A DNA stretch of 64,000 nt, taken from assembly GCA_965203175.1 (NCBI GenBank), contig OZ241867.1:5984001-6048000 (forward strand), read 5' to 3'. This document shows positions 26,321-35,288 of this stretch, piece by piece. The notes beneath the pieces were generated by a model. That model did not search any database. It was not told the DNA's origin and saw nothing but the letters and a program-made list of their open reading frames with translations. The translations under genes and the position numbers were made by a program. Within the stretch, counting starts at the first letter, position 1; every line of letters begins with the position of its first letter. The stretch comes from Candidatus Latescibacterota bacterium (GTDB lineage Bacteria > Latescibacterota > UBA2968 > UBA8231).

Positions 26321-28513
26321 CTAGCGGAGAAGGATCAACTTGCGCGTCTGCTCCCGCCCATTGGCCCTGAGCCGATAGCAATAGACACCTGAAGCCAGTT
26401 CGGCCCCGGGGGTGTTGCGTCCGTCCCAAGTGAAGGTGTACGCACCCGATGGGTACGGCCCTTGGGCCAGCGTTGCGACCTTCTGCCCTGCTATATTGTA
26501 AACGGCCAGTTCCACCTCAGCCCTAGCCTCCAAGTCGATGCGAATCACCGTCGATTGGTTAAAGGGATTGGGGAAATTTTGCGCGAGGTGGAAAGCCGCC
26601 GGCCGAGCGCTTACCTGCGCCTCATGCACAGCGGTATCAATCGGCGGCGTGGCGGCGACCAAGGCGAGATCGGCGATATACGCCTCCCTCTTCAAATAAC
26701 CGAAGATTCGCACTGAATCAACCTTGAACGGGAGATCGGCGTCGGATACGCCAAGGGTGGACAGGGGGATCTCCACGGTTTGCCAACGCTTATCTGCAAG
26801 ATCAACTGCTAGTGAATCCCCGTCGTCAAACCCGAGCTGCACGGTGCGCACGCCGATGCTGACAGCCAAGGTCTTGGCGGAAAAATCCTCCACCGCGTCG
26901 GGATGGAAGGCAAAGCGCAGCGCGGTGTAACCGGTCAGGTCGAAAGGAGTTTGCGTCTCGAAGACAGCGTCGAATTTCCTGGGCAGAATCAGGGCTTGGC
27001 GCCCGGCGAAAAATGCGGTTTCTCCCCTCTTCTGTGACCAACCCTCGGCTAGGATCCCCGCATAAATTTCCAAATCCCGCTCGGGATACAGGTCGTAGGG
27101 AAGGTTGTAGGGATAAATGTGGCCTCGATCATCGACCAGTTCGACGTGCAGACGATGACGCCCAGTAGGCAGGTCAGGTGACAGCGGCAGCGAACCGGTA
27201 AAGGTGCGGCCCTCGGCGCGGAGCGGCTGTGCAGCAGTCTCGCCGTTGAGGCGAATGCCGATTCGTGCGATGTGCCCAGTGGCGCGGCGCGGCGAGGGCG
27301 CGACCGTGGCCTCGATATCCACGCTCCGGTGGCGGCCGCGGATGGCGACGGGCGGGGCGACGGCAACAGCGCGAATGGCAAAGGCTGGCTCGTTCAGCCT
27401 GAAGGCTTCGATGCCGACCGCGCCGTCGGCGACATAGAGCAGCCCGTCGTCGTGAGGTTGGACGCTCCAAGCAAACCCCGGATAGGTGTGATAGCCGATT
27501 TCTACCGGTCGCGCCGGGTCAAGCAGGTCAAAGACGCGCAAGCCCGCTTCGTAATAGGCCCAATACAACAGCCCATTGTGGACCCAAGGATTGTGCGGGC
27601 CGAGAATGGGCCCTTGGGGCGGCGGGTCGCTGCTGAAAGAGTGGACGACCTGCGGCTGCCGGGGGTCTGCGATATCGACGACGTAGAGGCGCTGATTCCA
27701 GCCGCCGAATTCCTGGTTGCAGTAAACGTAGTCGCCCTCGGCCCATGCGCTGTGCATGCCTTCGGCAAAAGGCAACGCGGCGAGCATCGTGGGTGCGTCG
27801 GGGTCGGTCAGGTCGAGGAGGACCAAGCCTGAAAACATATCGCTGACAACGGCGAGACGGTCGCGGATGAATACGTCGTGGACCACATTGCTAAAATCGC
27901 CCTCGTGCTGCCAGAAACCCGAGACCAAGGGCGCAGTCGGGTCGGAGATATCGACAATGCTCAGGCCCGGATTCAGCCCGTGAGCGAGATAGAGGCGATC
28001 GCCGTGGAGAAAGAGATTGTGGACGCCCCACCAGCTTTCTTGGTCAAACCGCGAGAGCTCGACGGGATTTGCAGGGTCGGAGATGTCGAGGATCAACAAC
28101 CCAAAGCTGGATTCGAAATCCTGTACGCCAATGACGGCTACATCGCCCGCGATCTTTATGTCTAGTGCGGGTCCGGGGGTGCGCACCTCGGCTACTTTGC
28201 GCATGTTGGCAGGGTCGGAGATATCGACGATATGGACGATGCCGCGAAAGTCGCCCATCAGCGCGTGATCGCCCGCGAGATAGAGGTCTGTGCCGTCGGG
28301 ATAGGGAGAGAGGTGAGTGCTGTCGGGCAGGTCGTCACCTTTGGAAGGGCTGATGAGTGCGATTTCGCCAACGCGTTCCACATTGAGGCTGTCGGGCGCA
28401 TCAGCGGGCGCAAACATGGGCGCGGGATGGCCGGAGGCCGCCGTGGCAACAAGGGCGATCAGCAGTGGCAACAAGGCCCGATTTCCAGCAGGGGTGGACT
28501 CTTGGTTGAGCAC
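26321..28513 (-). CDS. Secreted LVIVD-repeat (choice-of-anchor B-like) protein with FlgD/T9SS-like C-terminal domain
   Basis: Repeated (I/L)(V/L)D(I/L)SDPxxP units with HN/HD/HS motifs. C-terminal LAQNFPNPFN...WDGRN..ASGVYCYRL..RKLILLR. RBS GCAGGAG. Confidence 0.85.
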   Translation of the reverse strand: MLNQESTPAGNRALLPLLIALVATAASGHPAPMFAPADAPDSLNVERVGEIALISPSKGDDLPDSTHLSPYPDGTDLYLAGDHALMGDFRGIVHIVDISDPANMRKVAEVRTPGPALDIKIAGDVAVIGVQDFESSFGLLILDISDPANPVELSRFDQESWWGVHNLFLHGDRLYLAHGLNPGLSIVDISDPTAPLVSGFWQHEGDFSNVVHDVFIRDRLAVVSDMFSGLVLLDLTDPDAPTMLAALPFAEGMHSAWAEGDYVYCNQEFGGWNQRLYVVDIADPRQPQVVHSFSSDPPPQGPILGPHNPWVHNGLLYWAYYEAGLRVFDLLDPARPVEIGYHTYPGFAWSVQPHDDGLLYVADGAVGIEAFRLNEPAFAIRAVAVAPPVAIRGRHRSVDIEATVAPSPRRATGHIARIGIRLNGETAAQPLRAEGRTFTGSLPLSPDLPTGRHRLHVELVDDRGHIYPYNLPYDLYPERDLEIYAGILAEGWSQKRGETAFFAGRQALILPRKFDAVFETQTPFDLTGYTALRFAFHPDAVEDFSAKTLAVSIGVRTVQLGFDDGDSLAVDLADKRWQTVEIPLSTLGVSDADLPFKVDSVRIFGYLKREAYIADLALVAATPPIDTAVHEAQVSARPAAFHLAQNFPNPFNQSTVIRIDLEARAEVELAVYNIAGQKVATLAQGPYPSGAYTFTWDGRNTPGAELASGVYCYRLRANGREQTRKLILLR

Positions 28514-28784
28514 TGTTGGTTCTCCTGCGATCTAAGGGTGGCAATAAGGGCCGATACCCGGCCAGAATGGACTCACCATTGGGACGCCCCCAAGCTGCGG
28601 ACGTTCCAGTGGCGATTAGGTCAACATCTTGCTGAAAGGCATCTAAGTAATAGCTAGTGGATGGGGATATAGTTGATGGGCGACAGGCCCTTGGCAAGTT
28701 ATTTTTTGTCATCGCCGCAGGTGTGCCGTCAACGAGTGGCGGTGCTACTTCAGGAACAGGGCAGAATTCGCAGAGGAGAAGGCC

Positions 28785-29777
28785 ATGAAAGCACAACGAC
28801 TAATTTGCACAGACATCCGGCGGATCGAATTGGCGGAATTTGAACTGCCGCGCGTGCCCGACCACGGCATTTTGGTGCAAAACGACTACACCGCCGTAAG
28901 CGTTGGCACGGAAATCTACGGCTACACCCACGGCGGCGAACCATCGAGCGCAGTAACATTTCCGCGCCCCACCGGCTATTGCAACACAGGCGTGGTGCTT
29001 GAGGTCGGCAAAAATGTGCAGGGGATACAACCCAGCGACCGCATTGCAGGCCAAGGCAACCACGCAAGTCACGCGGTCCTGACCGGCAATTTCCGCAAAG
29101 CACCCGCCGGCGTCTCGCCCAAATCCGCAGCATTCATGGTCATGGGTGCCATTGCCCTGCACGGACATCGGGTTGGTCGTCCCGAATTGGGCGAGACCGT
29201 TGCCATCACCGGCATGGGCATTGTCGGCCAATTGGCAGCGACCTTTGCGCGGTTGGCCGGTGCCCTCCCGGTCATTGCAATCGATCTGGACGATTTCCGC
29301 TTGGACAAAGCCAAGGATCGGGGCGCGGATATTTGTATCAATCCCAATGACACAGGTGATGTCGCCGAAATCGTGCGTCGGCATTGCGTGGGAGATGGCG
29401 TCGATCTAGTCATCGAAGCAACTGGCATCCCCGCAGTCTATCCCATGGCGCTAACCTTGCCGCGGCTAGGGGGCCGCCTAGTCGCGCTGGGGTCTCCGCG
29501 CGGCACCGTCGAAGTAAGTTTTCTGCCCGAAGTTCACCTGCGCGAAATCGCCATCCTCGGCGCGCATCAGCCCAAAACCCCAGACGACGACCACATCTAC
29601 TATCCCTGGAACAAAAGCAGAGACCGCGATCTGGTCTTGCGCTTGATGGCCGCAGGCAAGCTGCCCATCGACGACCTAATCACCCACGTCGCCAACCCCG
29701 CCGATTGCCAAACCACCTACGACATGCTCGCCGACAATCCACAAGAAGCGTTGGGCGTGGTATTTGCATGGACGTGA
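28785..29777 (+). CDS. Medium-chain dehydrogenase/reductase (MDR)
   Basis: VSVGTE..GYCNTG, GMGIVG Rossmann motif, DLVIEATG. Confidence 0.85.
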   Translation: MKAQRLICTDIRRIELAEFELPRVPDHGILVQNDYTAVSVGTEIYGYTHGGEPSSAVTFPRPTGYCNTGVVLEVGKNVQGIQPSDRIAGQGNHASHAVLTGNFRKAPAGVSPKSAAFMVMGAIALHGHRVGRPELGETVAITGMGIVGQLAATFARLAGALPVIAIDLDDFRLDKAKDRGADICINPNDTGDVAEIVRRHCVGDGVDLVIEATGIPAVYPMALTLPRLGGRLVALGSPRGTVEVSFLPEVHLREIAILGAHQPKTPDDDHIYYPWNKSRDRDLVLRLMAAGKLPIDDLITHVANPADCQTTYDMLADNPQEALGVVFAWT

Positions 29778-29794
29778 TTCCGAGAACCGCGCTC

Positions 29795-30139
29795 TTATCC
29801 CGCGAGAAGGACCGTCAGCTTTTCTAAGATTTCACCCACCACGTGCGGTGGAGCTTGAGACGCAAAGTCGATTCGTCGTACCCGCCAGTCCAAGCTCTTG
29901 ATCTGGTCGGCTAGGATGACTCCCGCGACGGAACTACTGGGAGGAAGGGCAACCTCAAAGGGATAGCCCTTGACTTGAGACGTGATAGGACAAAACAGAC
30001 CTAGGCCCGTTTTCTCGTTGTAATTCCGCGGACTCAAAACTAGGGCGGGACGACGCCCGGCTTGTTCATGCCCAGCCTGAGGTGTGAAGGTAAGCCACAC
30101 AATGTCCCCTGTACCTGGGACATACGCTCGCTCTACCAT
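29795..30139 (-). CDS. mazF: MazF/PemK endoribonuclease toxin
   Basis: GDIVWLTFTPQAGHEQAGRRPALVLSP..YN...CPIT...DQIKSLDW. Confidence 0.95.
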   Translation of the reverse strand: MVERAYVPGTGDIVWLTFTPQAGHEQAGRRPALVLSPRNYNEKTGLGLFCPITSQVKGYPFEVALPPSSSVAGVILADQIKSLDWRVRRIDFASQAPPHVVGEILEKLTVLLAG

Positions 30140-30372
30140 GCCTCGTTGCCTTGGGCCGGACCAGTATCCAACTCGGGATGAAGATTGTCCTCCGTTACCT
30201 GGTCCAGCATATCGGCCAAGTTATAAGTTCTCTTGCGCATCACAACTTGGTCACCGTGCGAGACTATCTCGATGGCAGAGCCTTCGCAAACGCCCCATTG
30301 CTCGGCAATGGGCTTGGGAATGCGGACGGCCAAGCTAGTGCCCCATTTGGCGATGTGGGATTTCGCGCCCAT
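30133..30372 (-). CDS. mazE: MazE/AbrB antitoxin
   Basis: KWGTSLAVRIPK AbrB motif and a C-terminal LH.E.DTG..QGNE.W; overlaps mazF. Confidence 0.92.
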   Translation of the reverse strand: MGAKSHIAKWGTSLAVRIPKPIAEQWGVCEGSAIEIVSHGDQVVMRKRTYNLADMLDQVTEDNLHPELDTGPAQGNEAW

Positions 30373-30581
30373 CTAGGATACCTCCTTATTGCGTCTATTC
30401 ATATCTATATTATATATCTTTACAGAGGCGATCTCAAGGGTGCGAAACCGCTTCTAATCTCGCGCATTTCATTTGTATAATGCCTTAATTTAAATTTCTA
30501 TTCATACCAGCAACGGGCCATTGCCCCAGCCTCGGCGGTTGGGTACATTGAAACCTTTCTTTACTAGACAGGCGTAGGGAA

Positions 30582-31337
30582 ATGAGATACAAATTGGCAT
30601 ACAGCGGCCTATTCTGGCGGGCACCCGACCTAGCGCAGGAGTTAGAAGCCCTGCGAACGTTTGGTTGGGATGGCTGGGAGGCGCGGCAACCACTCGACTG
30701 GTTGGGCACGCCACAGCGCGTGCGCCGGCTCTGCGAAGCATATGGCGTGGAAGTGGCCGCCGTCTGCGGGCCGAATATCGCGCTGGACCTCGACGGGCCG
30801 AGCCAACAGATCAACAAGCGGCGAATCGAGTTTGCCGCCGATCTCGGGGTCGAGACCTTTATGACCAAAGGGCCGGGACGCGAAGGCCGCAACAGCACGG
30901 ACGCAGAGTTGGACCTAATGGCGGCCGCGTACGAGGATCTGGCCACATACGGCGCGGACTTAGGCGTTGTGGTTACATTCCATCCGCATATCAAGCACCT
31001 CGTCGACAGCGCCGCAGAGTGGAAGCGCTTCATGGGTCGCCTAGATGCGTGCCGCCTCTGTATGGACATGTCCCACGCCGTGCATTGGGGCTACGACCCG
31101 GTCCAAGCCGTGCGCGATTTCGCCGCGCGGATCGCGTACGTGCATCTGCACGATTTCAAAGACGGACAGACCGTGGAACTGGGCGAAGGCCCCATGTGCG
31201 ACTACCCGGCATTTATGGCGGCGCTGCAGGAAGCCGGATACACCGGCTGGATCACAGTCTGCCCCGGACAAGCCGAGCGGCCCGAAACCGAAAAGATGCA
31301 AATCAACCGCCAGTACATGCGCAGCGTTGGCTATTAG
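30582..31337 (+). CDS. Sugar phosphate isomerase/epimerase (IolE-like TIM barrel)
   Basis: FHPH, LCMDMSH, YVHLHD, ELGEG and GYTGWI. Confidence 0.82.
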   Translation: MRYKLAYSGLFWRAPDLAQELEALRTFGWDGWEARQPLDWLGTPQRVRRLCEAYGVEVAAVCGPNIALDLDGPSQQINKRRIEFAADLGVETFMTKGPGREGRNSTDAELDLMAAAYEDLATYGADLGVVVTFHPHIKHLVDSAAEWKRFMGRLDACRLCMDMSHAVHWGYDPVQAVRDFAARIAYVHLHDFKDGQTVELGEGPMCDYPAFMAALQEAGYTGWITVCPGQAERPETEKMQINRQYMRSVGY

Positions 31338-31359
31338 AATTGTATAGGAGAACAAAAGC

Positions 31360-32487
31360 ATGAGTCAGATACAGGCAGCGATTATGACCGGCCCAGGCCA
31401 GATCGCCGTGCGCTCGTATCCCAAACCCCAGATCGGAGACGACGAAGTCCTACTGAAAATCGAACGCACCGGTATCTGCGGCAGCGACAAGCACATGTTC
31501 GCCGGCCACATGGCCCTGCCGTTTCCCGTGATACCCGGCCACGAATTAGTGGGCATCGTCGAGGAGATGGGTCCGGCCGCAGCCGATAGCTTGGCCATAG
31601 TGGGCGGCCCAGTCGCGGTGGGTGACCGCGTGACGACGACGCCCTCGTCGCGGGCCTGTGGGCGGTGCTACTACTGCCTGCACATGCCCCAGCGGCCCAC
31701 CCTGTGCTCCAACCGCTTTGTGTACGGATTTGTGTCCGCTGATCTCGCGCCCATGCCGCGCGGCGGTTTTGCCGAATATCTGCATTTGACGGGCCATTCG
31801 TGGCTCTTCAAGATCCCCGACGACCTGCCCTCGGAACGGGCCGTACTCACCGAGCCAGCGGCCGTGGCCACCCGGGCCGTAGAGCGCGCCTTGGGACCGG
31901 GTATCCCGCACATCGGCGAAGGGCTCGGCCTCGACAAATCCGTGCTAGTCCTCGGAGCCGGCCCCATCGGCCAACTCGTGGTGGCAGTGCTGAGCCACAT
32001 CGGCACCGACTTGATCATCGCTGGCGATCTGAGCGCGGCCCGGTTGGAGCTCGCCCGCACCATGGGCGCTCATCAAGTGCTCGCGATGGGAGAAGGTAGC
32101 CCTGAGCAGCGGCAGCTAGCCCTGCAAGACATGACCGCAGGCGTAGGAGCCGATATCGTCATTGAAACAGCCGGCGTGCCCGTAGCCTTCAAAGAATCGC
32201 TCGACTTAGTGCGCCGGGGTGGCATCGTCGTGGAGGTGGGGCACTTCACCGATCCAGGGGGAGTGGAGATCCGCCCGCACATCGTCTGTTTTAAAGATTT
32301 GGACATTCGCGGCATGTGGGCGTACCCTTCCATGCAGTTCAAGACCGCGCTATCTTTCCTGCGTCGCACCACCGCGCCCTTGGAGCGCTTTATAACGCAC
32401 CGGCTACCGCTGTCCGACATCCGCGAGGGCCTCGACATTACCGGCGGCGAAGCGGCCATGAAGGTAGTGGTGGAGCCGGGAAATTAA
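31360..32487 (+). CDS. Zn-dependent (sugar/threonine-type) dehydrogenase
   Basis: GICGSD, GHE, CGRCYYC..C structural Zn site, GAGPIG. Confidence 0.9.
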   Translation: MSQIQAAIMTGPGQIAVRSYPKPQIGDDEVLLKIERTGICGSDKHMFAGHMALPFPVIPGHELVGIVEEMGPAAADSLAIVGGPVAVGDRVTTTPSSRACGRCYYCLHMPQRPTLCSNRFVYGFVSADLAPMPRGGFAEYLHLTGHSWLFKIPDDLPSERAVLTEPAAVATRAVERALGPGIPHIGEGLGLDKSVLVLGAGPIGQLVVAVLSHIGTDLIIAGDLSAARLELARTMGAHQVLAMGEGSPEQRQLALQDMTAGVGADIVIETAGVPVAFKESLDLVRRGGIVVEVGHFTDPGGVEIRPHIVCFKDLDIRGMWAYPSMQFKTALSFLRRTTAPLERFITHRLPLSDIREGLDITGGEAAMKVVVEPGN

Positions 32488-32533
32488 CCGTTTGACAGCC
32501 GCGTCAGGCTAACCCAAACTTGGGGAGAGAGAA

Positions 32534-33703
32534 ATGGCAATACTACGACCCAAGATCCTCGTCGTCGACGACGAACCAGATTTAGAGCACCTAGTACGGC
32601 AGCGCATGCGCCGCGAGATTCGCTCGGGCCAGTATAGCTTTATGTTTGCCCAAAACGGCGTTGAAGCCCTAGAGGTTCTAAGCGAAGAGCAAGACGTTGA
32701 CATGGTGCTCTCGGATATCAACATGCCCCGGATGGACGGGCTCACCTTGCTAGAGCAAATTCCCAAGGTGGACCCCAACATCCGCTCGGTCATTGTCTCG
32801 GCGTACGGCGACATGAAGAACATCCGCACGGCCATGAACCGGGGCGCGTTTGACTTCATCACCAAGCCCATCGACTTCGAGGACATGAAGGTGACTATCC
32901 AGCGGACCTTGCGCCATCTAGAGCTGTGGCGCGAGGCACTGGAGTCGCGCGACAAACTGGTCGCCCTGCAAAACGAACTCAGCGTGGCCAACAAGATGCA
33001 GCAGTCCATCTTGCCCACCAGTTTTCCCACAGGTCGGGGCTTTGAAATCTTTGGCGGCATGGAGCCCGCGCGCGATGTCGGCGGCGATTTCTTCGACGTC
33101 TTGTCCCTCGAAGACGGCCGCATCGGTCTCGTCGTCGCCGATGTATCGGACAAAGGCGTGCCGGCGGCCCTGTTTATGATGTCGAGCCGTACCCTGCTGA
33201 AGGGCTCGGCCATTGGCCTCGATTCGCCGGGCAAGGTATTGAGCGAAGTAAATCAACTGCTGCAAGAAGAAAATGACGCCGCCATGTTCGTAACCGTCTT
33301 TTACGCGACTTTTGACCCAGAAACAGGTCAGTTGGCCTATGCCAATGGCGGGCACAATACCCCGCTCTTGGTCCACGCCGATGGCAGCTCGACCGTGATT
33401 CCGCCGACCGGCGGAGTAGCGCTAGGCGTGGTACCAGATTTCGCCTACGAAGAAAGCTCGATATTCCTACAACCCGGCGACCGCGTCGTCTTGTACACCG
33501 ACGGCGTCACCGAGGCCGAAAACGACCAAGGCGACCAGTTCGAGCTAGAGCGCCTGTGCGAGATTTTCACCGACGGGACACCTATGGACGCCCGCGCTAC
33601 CAACGAGGCGGTTTTTGCGGCGGTCGAGGCCTTTGCCGGCGATGCCCCCCAATTTGACGACGTCACCTGCCTGACGCTTCGCCGCAGCGAGACAGACCAA
33701 TGA
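32534..33703 (+). CDS. Response-regulator (REC)-PP2C/SpoIIE phosphatase, RsbU/RsbP-like
   Basis: VVDDE..LSDINMP..KP receiver; GGDFFD, ADVSDKG, YTDGV and DDVT PP2C motifs. Confidence 0.93.
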   Translation: MAILRPKILVVDDEPDLEHLVRQRMRREIRSGQYSFMFAQNGVEALEVLSEEQDVDMVLSDINMPRMDGLTLLEQIPKVDPNIRSVIVSAYGDMKNIRTAMNRGAFDFITKPIDFEDMKVTIQRTLRHLELWREALESRDKLVALQNELSVANKMQQSILPTSFPTGRGFEIFGGMEPARDVGGDFFDVLSLEDGRIGLVVADVSDKGVPAALFMMSSRTLLKGSAIGLDSPGKVLSEVNQLLQEENDAAMFVTVFYATFDPETGQLAYANGGHNTPLLVHADGSSTVIPPTGGVALGVVPDFAYEESSIFLQPGDRVVLYTDGVTEAENDQGDQFELERLCEIFTDGTPMDARATNEAVFAAVEAFAGDAPQFDDVTCLTLRRSETDQ

Positions 33704-34122
33704 GCGCCCAGAGATCGCTGCTCATAGCGACAGAACTGGACGAACTGCACAAGGTCAACGCCGCTATTGAGGAGCTAGCAGAGGAAGAAAACTGGTCCCC
33801 AGACGTCACCTTTCAGATCGGGCTAGCCGTTGAGGAATTGGGGGTCAACATCGTCAACTACGGGCACGACGACGACAAAGCCCACGAAATCAAGATCGCC
33901 ATCTCCTCAGAGGACGAGGCGATTACAATCGAGATCGAGGACGACGGCCACGCCTTCAATCCGCTCGTCGACGCTCCAGAGCCAAACTTGGACGCGGCTG
34001 TTGAGGACCGTACCGTGGGTGGCCTCGGCATCCACCTCGTGCGCTCCATGATGGACGAGGTCCACTACCAGCGACAGCAAGACAAAAACTGCCTGACCTT
34101 GGTCAAGCGGAGGGATAGTTGA
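33700..34122 (+). CDS. RsbW/SpoIIAB-like serine kinase (anti-sigma factor family)
   Basis: EELGVNIVNYG, IEDDGHAFNP and GGLGIHLVR; ATGA overlap with the upstream gene. Confidence 0.9.
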   Translation: MSAQRSLLIATELDELHKVNAAIEELAEEENWSPDVTFQIGLAVEELGVNIVNYGHDDDKAHEIKIAISSEDEAITIEIEDDGHAFNPLVDAPEPNLDAAVEDRTVGGLGIHLVRSMMDEVHYQRQQDKNCLTLVKRRDS

Positions 34123-35288
34123 GCAACGCACTTGCCCGATGCGCAGCCGTGCTGTTAGTGGCGAGTGCTGTGCTTGGCGAGGAACAGCCCGGCGTCTCTG
34201 ACCGGAGTATCCTCTTTGGCCAATCCGCCGCCTTTAGCGGGCCAGCCCAAGAGTTGGGCCGAAACATGCGGCTCGGGATGCAGGCGGCCTTCCGGGAGGT
34301 GAATGAGCAGGGCGGGGTCCACGGACGCCGGCTCGAATTGGTGTCGCTCGACGACGGGTACGAGCCGGAAGCCGCCATTGACAACACCCGCCAGTTGATC
34401 GAAGGCGAGCGGGTCTTCGCGCTGATCGGCGCCGTCGGCACCCCAACCTCGCGCGCAGCCGTTCCCATTGCCGAAGACGCCGGCGTCCCCTACATCGCTC
34501 CCTTCACGGGCAGTAGTTTCCTCCGCGACCCCAAGTGGCGCGGCGTGGTCAACCTGCGCGCCTCCTACTATCAGGAAACCGAGGAAATAGTCGCCCGCCT
34601 GACCGACGACTTGGGCATCGAGCGCATTGCCGTAATGTACCAAGACGACTCCTTTGGCCGAGAAGGGTTTCGCGGGGTGCGGGGCGCGTTAGAGCGCCGT
34701 GAGCTATCGCTCGTGGCGGTCGGCGTGTATCCGCGCAACACCAAGGCGGTAAAGACCGCTCTGCTCGACCTGCGCAGTGGCCAGCCCCAAGCCGTGATCT
34801 TGGTCGGGACCTACCAGCCGGTCGCCACCCTAATCGCTTGGGCGCAAACGACGAGTTTCAGCCCTATTTTTGTGACCATTTCATTCGTGGGCAGTAAGGC
34901 ATTAGCGCGGGAACTCGGCCCAGCCGGTGCTGGGGTTTTAGTCTCGCAAGTCGTGCCCTTCCCAACGGCCACCGAGCCGGCCATCGTCGGCTCGTACCGC
35001 CGTGCCCTCACAGCTCACGCCCCGCGAGCAGAGCCGAGCTTCGTCTCGTTCGAAGGCTACCTAGCCGGTCGCTTGGCCATCGCCGCCCTCACCGGCTGTG
35101 GCCGAGCAGTCAGCCGCGCCTGCCTATTGGACAACTTGCGCCGCGCCGATGTCGTCGATCTAGATGGGTTCGAGCTCCGCTATGGGGATGGCGACAATCA
35201 GGGTTCGGACGCGGTCTTCCTCACCGTGCTCGACAGCGACGGCCAATACCGCCCCATCCACTCCTTGAAGGGCGCGACGAAGCCATGA
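34119..35288 (+). CDS. Type I periplasmic binding protein (LivJ/K-like) with no cognate ABC transporter nearby
   Basis: Signal peptide; GQSAAFSGPAQELG, GGVHGR, DDGYE, GAVGTPT, RASY and EGYLAG motifs. Confidence 0.88.
   Translation: MSNALARCAAVLLVASAVLGEEQPGVSDRSILFGQSAAFSGPAQELGRNMRLGMQAAFREVNEQGGVHGRRLELVSLDDGYEPEAAIDNTRQLIEGERVFALIGAVGTPTSRAAVPIAEDAGVPYIAPFTGSSFLRDPKWRGVVNLRASYYQETEEIVARLTDDLGIERIAVMYQDDSFGREGFRGVRGALERRELSLVAVGVYPRNTKAVKTALLDLRSGQPQAVILVGTYQPVATLIAWAQTTSFSPIFVTISFVGSKALARELGPAGAGVLVSQVVPFPTATEPAIVGSYRRALTAHAPRAEPSFVSFEGYLAGRLAIAALTGCGRAVSRACLLDNLRRADVVDLDGFELRYGDGDNQGSDAVFLTVLDSDGQYRPIHSLKGATKP

Noticed and set aside
30373-30430. mazEF operator palindrome
   Set aside because: The AT-alternating tract gives only a weak, low-complexity symmetry. 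Plausible but not supportable.
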